A DNA stretch of 51,247 nt. It comes from Chromera velia. Taxonomy: Eukaryota. The number at the start of each line of letters is the position of its first letter. Position 1 is the first letter of the stretch. Positions 36,537 to 48,902 of this stretch are shown piece by piece. The DNA lies in the NCBI GenBank assembly GCA_018398765.1, contig JAHBMJ010000283.1:1-51247 (forward strand). Direction: 5' to 3'. A program made the translations under genes and the position numbers. Below the pieces are notes generated by a model that saw nothing but the letters and a program-made list of their open reading frames with translations, was not told where the DNA came from and did not search any database.

Positions 36537-37426
36537 AAGCAACAGAATACCACAGAACCACACACACACACGCACACAAACACGCACACACAGAGGCAGG
36601 CATCCTTTCGGTTGGAAGGGATGCTCTCCATCCGCTGTCGTTTTTTGCGCGAGCCTGCTCGTCGCCAGAACGACGACTTGCTTTGCATGAACTCAATACG
36701 ATGAACCCGAAGACACCCATGTCTCCCCCCTCACTCACTCACTTTCTCTCTCACAACCGGCTCCTTCCCCACTGAACGAGCGACTTTCTTTGTCTGTTGA
36801 TTCACTCACACAGACTGAGTGAGAGAGACGGAGAGAGCTCCGTAAAAAATAACATCAATTGATGGCTTGAAGGAATCATTGAATGAATACTGCTTTCTTG
36901 GAGGAAGAGAGGGGGGAGCAGCAAACAAACGATGAACAAAGATTAAGAAAATTGACAACCGAAAAACATGCGAAAAAAGACGGGAGAAATCAGAATACAT
37001 GAGGGGGACAGCCAAGCAGTTGAAGAGAGAAACGAAGGCATGTGAACTTCTATTGTCGTCTCCGATCGAACAGATGGAGACGTGAAAAGAACGAACTGAA
37101 GCTCCCTTAAGGGAATGCAAACGACGTACACCCGAGGACACAAACCACTTGAACAATTATGGGCCTGGAGATTTCTCGCATTCCTCCAAACAATCACCGT
37201 TGTGCTTCCAACACCCCATTTTGTCATTTTCTACCCCCCACCCGAGAGATAAAGAGAAGGGTATTTGCAAGCATCGCAGGGCAGTAGACAGGCTCGAAGG
37301 AGCAAGAGAGGCGGAATGGAGGTCAGAGGACACCTAAGCCTAAGCAAGGTAAGAGACCCTGGATCCGAGAGCGTAGTAAGGCATCCAGCCTGACTTCCGC
37401 TCCCCTGTGCGCCCGACAGCACTCAC

Positions 37427-39107
37427 AAAGCACCATCCGCACTCGAGAACCCGGTGGACTGTGATATGCTCACCTGCAGAAATTAAGAGAGAAGAGGGGA
37501 GGGACGTGAAGATCAAGCAGAGAGATGATTCTACAGAGTTGAAAAAGATGAAAAAGCCAAAGAAATGCGGATCGGAAATGATATTTTATGATTGTCTCTG
37601 TTCACGAGTCGGAAGAAGAAAGAAAGCGATCCGGCCGGTCAAAACACTTACGAACCCCCCCCCCCCCCNCCCCCACACACACACACAGAAAGAGAGATAC
37701 GAGTGCAGAGGAAGAGAGATAAAGGTGGACATGGAGACGAAAGGGCGGCAGAGAGAAAACACGGATAGATGCCAGCAGAGACAAAACAAAAATGATATGC
37801 TGACAGACATAGAGAGAGAACATGCAGACAGACAGACATAGAGAGAGACAGAGACAGCGACAGAAGGATAGAGATTTGAGACGGCCTCACACAACTGATT
37901 GACGCGACTGACCGCCCATGGGACGGATTTCTCTGTGGTCTTCGGGTTCGTGTGGGTAGACGCACAGGTAGAGCACTTCCAGCTCAATAGACCTCAGCAC
38001 AGACAGTGGCACTGACGCTGGCGTCTCGTGCTGCTGGTGGTGCGCTTCCACCGACTGCTGGTGGGTCGCCGCCGCTGGCTGGTACTGTCCTCTCCCTGAT
38101 GCCGGGAGCAGTGGCTGTTGGTCGAGGTGGTGAACGTGATGCTCCAATGTCCTTTCCCGACCCGACACTGTGTGTGCTGGTTGGAATCTTTCCAAGTGGA
38201 TAGAGGTAGAGGTAGCCGTGGGTGAGGGGTTTTGCTGTGCTCGGTTCGGGTCCTGTGGTTCGAGGGAAGAGATGTAAAGATTGGGAGGGGAGGCAGGGAA
38301 CATGGGGGTGTGAGAGTGCTGTACGGGTTCGTCAGCCTGCTGTGCGGCAGTCGCATGGACGGGAGCGGTATAGGGACCCTCCGCTGCGTTGCTCACTTGG
38401 TTGGCATCCTGACCGAGAGTGGTTTGGGGGGGGACAAAAGGTGTGGGGGAGTGTTGGAAGGGGGTCATTCGGGTCACTTCAGGCATGCGCGCAGAGGGGG
38501 GTGCAGAGGCAGTTGCGTTTGCAATTCTCGTAGAGTGGGAGCCCGTCTTCCTCTTTCGATCTCCTTCGAGAACAAAGCCGGAATCCTTGAGTGACAGGCG
38601 GGCAGCGGGGGGGGGTCGTCGGGGGCGCAGCACTTCTCCTGCGTTTCCCCTCACACTTGGAACTGTGTGATGGCCCCTTCGCAAGGCGCGAAGGTCGATG
38701 GGTGGATTGTTGATTCCCCAACTATCATCGCTGTCGCTGGAGCTGGATGATGACACCTCTGGGGGAGACAGGGAGCTGAAGCCTGAGTGCCCATCTGAGG
38801 CAGTCGTGCCGTTCTCCTTTTTCCCTTTTGACCCCCTAGACCGCGAAGGTTTGGAGCCAGGAGCCTGACTGCGCGTTGCGAGCTCTGCCCTCACTTTCGC
38901 AAGCTCGAGCTGCATGCACGCACCACATGCACTAAGTTCGGCGTGAATGGAAAGGGACTGGGTGTGCCTATCTCTTCTATCGACGGGTCTCCTTTCTTGG
39001 AGGTCGAGAGATGATGAAGACGCCAGACAGACGAGAGAGAGTGCCCAAATAGACGGATGGGATACAGACATACAGAGAATACAGATACAACAACGTACCT
39101 TCATCAT
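37427..39107 (-). CDS. 5' part of a multi-exon gene: long Ser/Pro/Gln/His-rich disordered region followed by an SH3-like domain; 3' exons unresolved, probably extending to about 33600
   Basis: Exons 39107-39099 (MMK), 38909-37913 and 37473-37427 are frame-consistent. The junction reads LYLCVYPHEPEDHREIRPMG|GEHITVHRVLECGWCF (SH3-like). Further candidate small exons lie near 37165, 36790, 36330, 35835 and 34110. The start codon is uncertain. Confidence 0.55.
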
Positions 39108-39899
39108 GTCGAGTTTGCTCTGGATTGTACTGCTTGCTCACGAACGGAACAGCGGTGTCGGCTCCCTCCGCAGATCTCACAAATTGGAACTCTCGAGGCA
39201 CGGACACGATCGTCCAAGTGCTGCAATTTAAAAGAGAGAAGAGAAACAAGAGAAAGTATATATGCAGACTTTGCATAGTATTGGAGGAGACACACTGAGA
39301 AGGAGCTGTAAGTTCATCCTGAGCTTTTCTATGTCTCTGCAACCTTTTCAAGTCACCCTCTACATGCACCTTCTCAAACAGACCATTTATGCAATCCTCT
39401 CGCATTGGCGAATGGATCGATCTCGCGTTTGAGGAGGAATTCCTTCACTGGCATCTTTCCCTCCATAATGTCGTAGATGATCTTTGAGTCCTCTACGCCG
39501 TTTCCCAACTCGACAAGTTTCGCTTCCTTTGCTTCCTTCTTCCGCTCTCTCCTGTTCAACCACGGACGGCCTCTCATTTGAAATGCTCTCTCGTACTTGC
39601 GTCGACTCTGCGGATGAAACTGCTTTGCTGAACGACTTTTTCATGCAACAGAACAGAGACTAGTCAACAAACAAATCAACAAAAGTAGAAAGAATTACCG
39701 AACTTCTCAGTATTCGCCTTACTTGATCGACAGAAGTGTATTAAAGACTTGTAGATTGCATGACGACCAGAAATGCTTGATTGCATGTGGGAATTGAGGC
39801 CTGGTGAAACAGAATGATCACGGAATGCATTCATGCATCGTGAAAGGATTGCATGTGGAAGGTCAGAAAATGGTCAGAAAGTCAACTTTTGTTCCGCAT

Positions 39900-40000
39900 T
39901 CACGCGCGTCAGTAACGGCGCGCATCGCGGCGCGGCGTCGCGCGGGACCACGTACGTGGCGGCGCGCTCGTGGCCATCGCTCGAGCGCGCCGCCGCATTT
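39900..40000. promoter_or_regulatory. Bidirectional promoter core with palindrome CCACGTACGTGG
   Basis: CpG-dense tract between divergent genes; perfect 12-bp palindrome at about 39948-39959. Confidence 0.55.
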
Positions 40001-40309
40001 TCAGCGTCCGTCCAGCTAGCCTTCAGTATCCTTCAGTCATTTTCAGTCTCTCGCGGGCTCAAGCTAAGCTTGTTTGTTGATCAAAGCGGAATGCACAGCG
40101 AGGCAGACCACCGCATGACCAAAGGCTCTTTTGCTTGTCCGGGCATCCGTCTGTTGAGACCTGAAGCAGACAGGCAGGAAGCTGTTGCTCAGTTCTGCGA
40201 GACGATAATTTCAGAATTTTTCTTCTGTGTCTCGTGTTAATTTCTTCTTTTCATTTGGGCCGTTTTCCCCCGTCCGTATCACGCTCGACGGAAGCCCCTG
40301 CAGAACATC

Positions 40310-40929
40310 ATGATGATGAAGTGGGGCCTTTTTCGACCTCTTTTTGGAGCGCTTTCGTTCGTCTTGATCATTGCACGTGCGCACTCAACAGAAGATGGTC
40401 ACATAGCCGTCTCGTTGAACGAGGGGGGTGAAGGAGACACACGGGACTCCTTCTATGCAAACTGGATGCAAAGACTTGCGCCAGCGCTGGGGCATCTCTC
40501 TTTGATGGTGAGTCACTAGAGGGGAACTATGGCAGAACAAGCCCCCCTCTCCCGCTCCTGTCTGTGGGTGGGCGGATCGAGTAAGTCGAGCCGTCTGACG
40601 TTCGTGACGGTATCTCGATTGCCAGGAGTGTGTCCTCTTTTCACGTTTTGCCTTCTTCGCTTTACACATGAATTTCAGGGACCCAATTTTTTCCTGAAAA
40701 CCCTCGTCCTCCTTTGATATCTGCCCCCCCGTCTCCTCAAGTTCGTTCCCCTCGTATCATCTGATCATGAAAGACAGGGGCATCGACCGGCCGATCTGTG
40801 CCCCTCCCGCCGTTTGCATGGGCCGACGGCTCTCTGCCGATGCATACAAGTCATGCTCACCCACAGAGTGAAAGCGACCAACAGAAAGTATCCCTTAGCC
40901 CTGAGCGCATGTATGCACAAAATGAGTTC

Positions 40930-40978
<49 letters not shown>

Positions 40979-43081
40979 AGGACATTTCCGTTCCGATTAC
41001 CCACGACACTTTGACATACGACCTGTCGACTCGAGTGTCGAGGGGCGGGTGGGACAACCATCCCAGGCTCTCCGCATTCCTCCACGCACTCCCGACGTGG
41101 TTGACTCCAGGCGGCTGGATCCGAGACGAGGCCATCACTCATGGATTGAACGTGACGGAACAACTGAATGCGGGAGTGAGGTGGTTGGATTTCAGGTTGG
41201 TTGGGTGGTAAAGAAGGGGGTTGCAAGGGATGGACGTTCTCGATGATATTTTTATTTTCTTTGTGGCTTCCTCTTATCTACCTGCCTTTTCTGTGTACAC
41301 AGCAGGATGGAGCGACGTCTGAACGCAAGGTCCTCTTTCCTCTGTTCTCTTCTCCTTCTTTGCGGAGTCTATCCTCTACCAAACAATGAATGGCAAGAAA
41401 CTGACTATATCGGAGCAGCCATGCACCCTTTTTCCGCCCTTTGAGGAAGTTTTGTTCGAGAGCTGCAGGATGGTGCAGAAAAAAACATCCCGATGAGAAG
41501 GTTCTCATCTGACCTTGCGAGAATTCCCTCCCTCCCAGAACTCTCTTCACTTATTAAATTTCTGTTCCCTCCGTCATTCCCTCCCGGTTGCAGGTTGATG
41601 AAGAACGGACCTGACGCTTCGAAGGACTCGTACACCCTTCACTTCGTGCAGGGGAACACAAGAGTGGGTGAGTACTTCTCGGCCATCCGCTCTTGGGTAG
41701 ATGCACATCCAGGGGAGGTGGTTCTGATCTATACTTCCAGACACGGGGGTGTGTGTGAGAGGGGAGAGGACGCCTTTCCGGGAGTAAAGGATGAGGAGAA
41801 GAGGGCGTTGTGGGGTGAGATGAAAAAGAGTTTTGAGGGTGTGAGCTTTGATGCCTCTAAGTCTCGATTGAATGAGACATCGCTGAATTCGATGGTTTCC
41901 TCCAACCAGAGGGTGATCTTTGCGATCGGGTCGTGGGAAGAGTTCACGGGGGGAGACAGGATGGCAATAGATGCCTGTGCAGACTTCTGCAGAGACGAAA
42001 TGTGCTGCAACATACCCGATCAAGGAGTAGAGAGCTCTGGTGAGTATGTTGGAGCGATTTTGCTCTTAATTCATGTTGTTCTTCAAAGAAATGATTCTCA
42101 GAAAATGAAAGGACGCGCGGGAAAGCACGTGCAGATGAAAGGCTTTTCCCCCCTCCCATACACTCACTATCTGACTTTTTTGTCCCTCCTTGGTTCCCCC
42201 CCATAGAACGATCTTTCTCTGGTGTACGGAATATTCTCCTTTTCGATTTTTGAAATCTCTATCAGCCTTTTTTTTTCGAGCTCTCTCTGTGCATCCACGG
42301 CCCTCCCGATGAATCATTCTCTTTCTGCAGGTGCAGAAGAGGAGGAGGAGGAGGAGGAGGAGACGGACACTCCGACAAAAGGGGAGGAGACGGAGGCCAA
42401 AAACGAAGTTGAGCTTGAGGAGGCAGAAACAGCCAGAGTGCGTCGGTTGAAACACTCACCTGTGGCTCTTTCTGCAACTGCAAAGGAGCGTGCTGAGGTG
42501 CGGAGTATTTTCTTCGCGGACTACCAGATGTGGATGAAGCGACTGGATGGACGTGAGGTTATCAAGGCGGCAAAGAGAACGAACCGCCTAGCCTCCATCT
42601 GGCTTCCCGGCTCTCCTCCTGAGGATGGCCAAATGTTGGACGCTGCCATTCTGAAGTTCTCCCCCGTGCCTTGGGGGAAGAGGGAGGTCCTGTTCAGATG
42701 CATCCTCAGGTACAACATCATCGGGATGAACAAGTGGTGCCCTCCCACACTGTCAGTCAGTCAGTCAGCTTTTCGTCGATCAGACAGTTTTGTCAGTGAC
42801 TCAATTTGTCCGTCAGCCGGGCTGTACGGTATGTCACTGTAGGTCATTCGTTCTTCTGTAGGGTGAGCAGTCACCGAACCAGAAAACAAGAGAGACGACA
42901 AGGAAATACATTGTGCTCGGTCTCCTCGCTGTTCCTTCCCCCTGCACGATGTCGCTCTTCTGTGACTTTCCCGTGCGGACTTGTTAGTGCTCACGAGGGT
43001 TGGTGAGCTCATAGATGCAAGCACCACGGCACTCATAGATTATCGATCGTGTGTATGTGTGTGTGTGTGCGTGTCCGTGTG

Positions 43082-43117
<36 letters not shown>

Positions 43118-43471
43118 CTGGACAACTCCCAGTTGGGGAACTACTACCTCCAGATGGCGTTGGAGGACGCGCACCGCAAGGGCCTCAGATTCCCCTCCGT
43201 GGCCGTCAACGCTCTGGACGAAAATGGGACGATCCGGGTGGGGACAGAGCGGTTGGTCCCGGAAAGAGAAAAAAGGAGAAATCAGGTGGCCAGACGATAC
43301 GCATTCGTTGCGACTCTTCTTGCAAGCAATTTGAGGTGGGCGTGTGAGAAGGGGGGGGCAGAGGCGTCTGCGTGTATTCGTTTGAAGGAGGAGGTTGAAG
43401 AGAAGAGGAAAAAGTTCCCTTTGGTTCTCTGGGACGACCCCAATAGAGGAAGGCATCCTTACCTTCCTTGA
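40310..43471 (+). CDS. Secreted PI-PLC X-domain (PLC-like phosphodiesterase) protein, 5 exons
   Basis: Exons 40310-40507, 40981-41195, 41594-42039, 42331-42751 and 43117-43471, phases consistent. Signal peptide; motifs NWM...DISVPITHDTLTY, TEQLNAGVRWLDFR and WVDAHPGEVVLI. Confidence 0.88.
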
Positions 43472-44628
43472 GAAATTTGTTGCTTTTCAGAATTCAGAAT
43501 CGTGCGTCGCTTTCCTGCCGTTCGAGTCTTGTCATGTTCTACTGCTCAGTTCGGGAAGCCTTTGATTTTTGGAATCCCATCGTCCTTCCTTCTCGTTTTC
43601 GTGGAGTGAGTGGATGAATCCGGAAGTCCATGTAGTGGGAGTGGGGCAAATTTGGATGGGACTGTGCGCATGGGCGTTTGACCTTTGCCTGAGAATACCG
43701 GAAAAGTAGGAGTTCGGTTGGTTTGATGTCTTCTTGGTCCTCCGACTCTCTGCCTCTCTCTTTGCTTGTGTGCGTATTTGTGTATGTCTATTCCGTCTCC
43801 GGACGCTGGTGTCGTTCTGTTGTTTTGCTTGTCAAAGTTGAAGTAATGAGTGCTGGTGATTTGATTTGAATAAAGACGACTCTGTGTCTTTCCTTTCAAA
43901 TGTACAGCAGGGGATGTAAAGGGATTTGGGCGTCTGTCTCGTCACAGCACAGATATGCGGCTGCTTCGGCCCGACCGTGTTGGAGGGAGGGTGGAGCAGA
44001 TTCTCTTCCCATGCATCTTTCCGAAAAGGGGATCCGCTCTCTTGGTCTTGTTTGTTTTCTAGCTGGGTGGCTAAGGGATTGCCGATATAATTTCGGTTTG
44101 ATTTGTCCTGTTGGGTGGACACAGCGCTGTCAACCCTACATGTAGTAGTAACCAGGAAGAGAGAAAAATTGAGAGACTGGTTGAAACCAGGTCAAAAAGT
44201 GAAAAGAGGAAAAAGCGTTGTTTCTTTTTCAGTAAACAAACAACTGTCTTCTTCGTATTTTCTCAACTTTCCCTGCTGTGCATGTGATCTTGATTCCTTC
44301 TTTGCTTTCCTTACTTTGATCTAACAACCTGGAAGAATTGTATACTTTAGATCGTTTTCCCCAGGGATTTTTTTTTCTTCTTTGGAAAAATCAAAAGCCA
44401 TCGAAAAATCGATTGACTCGAATGTTGGAGGGACGTGAGAAGGAGGGAAGGAAGGAAGAGGAAAGTAAGTGTGCGTCCGTACTGTCTGTTTCTGTTCGAA
44501 CGAGTCGCTGTAGTGACCAAATTCAATGTGTGGTTTTTCGCGCTCGCTTTCCCTTTAACCTTTCTTTGGTTCTCTCAGGTGGAAGCCAAAGAAGAGAAGT
44601 TGCATCCACGAAAGCCCTTGGGAGGGGG

Positions 44629-44835
44629 NNNNNNNNNNNNNNNNNNNNNNNNNNNNNNNNNNNNNNNNNNNNNNNNNNNNNNNNNNNNNNNNNNNNNNNN
44701 NNNNNNNNNNNNNNNNNNNNNNNNNNNNNNNNNNNNNNNNNNNNNNNNNNNNNNNNNNNNNNNNNNNNNNNNNNNNNNNNNNNNNNNNNNNNNNNNNNNN
44801 NNNNNNNNNNNNNNNNNNNNNNNNNNNNNNNNNNN
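44629..44835. other. Assembly gap (N run) flanked by G homopolymers; smaller gaps at 15792-15832 and 24615-24645
   Basis: Direct reading; all three gaps abut G or C runs. Confidence 0.99.
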
Positions 44836-46102
44836 GGGGGGGGGGGGGGGGGCTACATGTTCTATCTCTGTGCGTCTCTGTAACTTAACTGCGCAGATAG
44901 ATTTGTCGTCAACCTTGAGGTGCTTATATTTCACTTTCAAGAAAAGAAGAGTGGAGAATCCCCTTTCTCCTTGTCGTAGCACGCTTCGGCAGTGTGGCAG
45001 CTGCGCATGCACTGGCCCGAATGAATGAAGCTGAGGGGCCGGCAGATATTTTCAGAAGTACCAGGCCTGAGTCGGCAGAGAAACTGCAGACAAGCAGGCG
45101 CCGGTCAATCGAGCAAGAGCACGAGCCGACGAATCACAAAATGATCCGGACTCAAACCACAAAGACTAAGGGGGTCCGAACGTTGAGAGAGCTGACACAG
45201 AAGATCCATACAGAAGAGACTGGGCAAACAGAAAGGATCAAAGAACTATGAATGCAGATGTTCCTGCAAGGAAAGCATTACACAATCCAATAAACAAACA
45301 AGTCTCGGTAGGAGTGTCCCTCTCACGTGTTTCCTCCATTCTTTCTTTGTAGTCTTGCAGCGTCGTGCTCTTTCTTCTCCAAGTAACACAAGTTTCCTTT
45401 GTCCTCACTTGCTCATCGATCGTGATAATTCAAGAACCATTGCATACATCTTCTCTTAAAGTCTGGATCAAAGTGTGCATGACTGTTTCAAGTCTGCTTG
45501 TACCTGCTTGAGCCTTGAGTTCTATAATTTTAATACACTAATTTATTGTTAAGCCATAGTATAATATCTCAGCATTTTACCGTCGATTTTCTCAGTGGCG
45601 TACTAAGCTATAATGGACCTAGAAGGACTTAATACTTAAATTATATCTTGTCTGTATTTGTTTTTTTATTGCAAGAGTCGCAGCAACTAGTGTAGCCTAG
45701 AGTGTAGCATTGAACTCATTTTGAAAACCAAGAGCAAAACTCTACTAGAAACTTAAGACTCCTTTAGACCAGGCTTTGGTATCAATAGGATGAGAATTGA
45801 TTTAATTTTGTTTAAATTTTTACTAGAACTGTTATTTAATTAGAAAACATTAAACCTAGAATTAAACTAAAATTATTACTGAATTAAAGCTATATATAAC
45901 AATTTTAAGATTGAAGATTTACGGCTCTAGTTACGGCTTAATAACGATTCATTGGCACTGGCAAGTAAAAAGATACAAAATTAAGATAAATCCTAGAATA
46001 GATCGACAAAGACATCTAGAGAGGACTAAATATATGATAAATGAACGGATTTCCTGACGAATATTAAATAAACTCCTCTATTCAATATCAGACACTTTCC
46101 TT

Positions 46103-46810
46103 CTATCGACTTTCCTTTTGGGGCTCATACAACGGGGATTTCCCCTTGTGACCTATGTACTTTGGCACCCCATCATCAGGAAAATTAAAGACACGCTGCC
46201 CGTAGAATATGTGGCAGGTTGGTTTGAAGGCCTGGGGGGTAGTTCGAGAACTAAACCCGAAGAGAGACGGAAAGGCCAACCACATCCTTCTTCCCTCATC
46301 TGCAATGAGAGTGTGACACTCTTTGCACTTCACTTTACAAGGAAGCACATGACCCCTTTTCATCTCCTCTGCACTGTAGAACTCTAAACAATCGATGCCA
46401 GAGAGAAATTGCACATCGGTTTTGTGAAATATTGAAGCCCACTGCATCGGCGCTCCATGTGCCACTTGACACCCGGTGCAGTGGCATATCTTCGAATCGA
46501 CAGGGTCCTCTTTGACCTGATAGACCACCAAACCACACAGGCATCTGGCTGTATAACGCGCTTCGAATCCTTCTTGCCTCACATAGGGGGGCTCATGCTT
46601 CCACGTCTCCGTCTCCCACTCCATTTTACCAGGAGACGGCAAGTGTGCAGAGGTAGCAGGCTCAGAGATGGTAGAAGGAAGAGGCGATCGGGGCTCAGCA
46701 GGAAGTGCAGTAGAGAGCAGAAATTGAACAGATAGGGCAAAAAAGGGACGCGTGACTGTCTTTAGGAGCGTTGACCTGCAAAGAGACAGAGACTCCGAAA
46801 GAGACGGCAT
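46103..46810 (-). CDS. GFA/CENP-V (Mss4-like) zinc-binding protein, single exon; start at 46810 (with N-terminal extension) or 46624
   Basis: ARCLCGLVVY, CHCTGCQVAHGA, CKECHTLI and FKPTCHIFYGQRV...DDGVPKY are typical GFA-family motifs. Confidence 0.88.
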   Translation of the reverse strand: MPSLSESLSLCRSTLLKTVTRPFFALSVQFLLSTALPAEPRSPLPSTISEPATSAHLPSPGKMEWETETWKHEPPYVRQEGFEARYTARCLCGLVVYQVKEDPVDSKICHCTGCQVAHGAPMQWASIFHKTDVQFLSGIDCLEFYSAEEMKRGHVLPCKVKCKECHTLIADEGRRMWLAFPSLFGFSSRTTPQAFKPTCHIFYGQRVFNFPDDGVPKYIGHKGKSPLYEPQKESR

Positions 46811-47576
46811 ATATTCATGGGTGAAGTTGAAGACGAGACGGGCACTACAAGAAGAATGAAACAGTGAACCCCCCTGAAGGCACAGGATGATGCGCAATTG
46901 CTGACCGTGACCGATCGTGATCATTTAGTAACTGAACTTTGGGGCGGTCATCTGTAAAAGCTGGATTCAGCCGGAAACATCGCGATCATGGCAGTCTAAC
47001 TGACATCTCGCTCATGCAGCAGCGCACTTTGTTGCCAGGGGGCCCCGTGCTTAATTGGTCAAAATTACGCGCTGCGCGCGGCCTACTATAGTACGTGGCG
47101 CGGATGTGGCGCGGCGCATCGTGGCCCGCCCAATCAAATCGCCGGCCGCAAAAATCATCAAAAGTGTCACTTCTCTTCATTTCTCATCCATTGAATTCGA
47201 TTGATTGACGTCTCTACATATCTCTACGACTGATTTGTTGGGGCTTCTGCTCATTCTAAAAGGAGGGATCGGGCAAGGGTGTCGTTCTGCACGTATGTAT
47301 TGAGGCATCTGATCGTCTGTTTATTTGTCGATCCGGTGTGTATCCATCCCACAAGATCCAGGAAGAGACGACCCAAGACGACAAAGTTTCCTTCCGCTCT
47401 TCGACTCGGTGTTTGAAAAGGAAAACCCGCCTTATAGCCGTCCCTTCTTGTTCGATTTTGCCCGTGGCATTATTTGTCGAAGAAGGGCAGCTGAGGACAG
47501 CAACCGGCGGGAAACAGCTCCCCTTGAACACAACAAACGATCAGTGTCAGAGCAGACTGATCGTCGGATCGAACAA

Positions 47577-48862
47577 ATGTTTGGCAGGCAGTGTCTGGGG
47601 TTCCACTCCCTCCTTGGGGGGAATGGAGCGACGATGAGCGGGGCCATGGACATCATCGTCGTCAGGGGTCCCGACGGCATTCTGAGGTCCACCGAGTGGC
47701 ACGTTCGGTTCGGATCTGACAAGGTGTGCTGCCCCCATCAAACAAGGGTACGTCGGTCGGTTGGCTCGTTCGGGGAGGAGGGCTTGGGGTGGAATGCTGG
47801 GAGTGAGCATGTTTTATGTTCATGCGGTTTGTGTTTTCTTTTGTGTTTTCTGCCCGGAGAAAGTGGGGGCGCAGAATCTTTTCCTCCAGAGGGGCGGCCT
47901 CGATCCCTGTTTGGTCTCTTATTCGTAGGCTGTCAGAACGGCAACGCGCACAAGCATTCAAGGGTTCAAGATCTAGAGTGCTTGAGCGACAGGATTTATG
48001 CCACCATAGACGGTGCTTCTTGTGGCTAGATGAAGGGAAGGGAAGGATTATCTGAGCAAGGAATTAAGGAATGATGAAAGAAAGGATTTCCCGCCGTTCC
48101 CGAGGTCTGAGTGCAAGAAAAGCCACTCGTGTATTTCTGCAAGCTGCAAGCCTTCATCGATTGCGTGTTCGTGTGCAAGCAAGCAAGCAAGGTTTGTCTG
48201 CCACACAAGTCAAACCCCTAATGCGCAAATGATTCCAATCAGGTCGCCATCCACTGCCACGAGTCGAAATGCATCGTGCCCTACTCGATGAAAGTGGGAA
48301 GGTACGGGGAGGCCTACTTTGACGACGAAATGGTCCGTAGAAGGTTTGGTCGTTTCAGTGTGTCTTTGGCAGAATATGCTCAGGCACTCTTTGGGGGACA
48401 TTTGAATGAGGCTCAGTGTATTGATGAGCTCGTCAGTCGGATCACGCGTCGAGACGGTTGCGAGGGGCACAGAACTGGAGATAGTGAGTGTGTCCTCTTT
48501 GGAGTTTTTGATTCAGTAGGGCTGTCTTGTGGACTGTTCTGTTCGACAAAAGGGAGGAAGAGAGGGAGGCAGACAGGAAACAACGGGAAGGAGGACCGTC
48601 AGTCACAGAAGGAAGGCAAGATGAGTAAGAAGAGACAGAACAAATCCATTTGCTTGTCGGCCCTTCTCCGCAATCCTTCCCGTTCCCTCTGCTCAAAGAC
48701 GCAAGAGAAACGACGCGTGTTTCTTCGTTGTGGTCGTGCGGATGCAGCTCGGATATGAATCGAAATCCTTGGAAGAAGAGAACAGGGCAGCCAACAGCGG
48801 GGGAGAGGAGATCAATGAGGCCACGGGTTTGATTGCAGGTCCGTCGGTCGGTCGGCTTCTAT

Positions 48863-48902
<40 letters not shown>

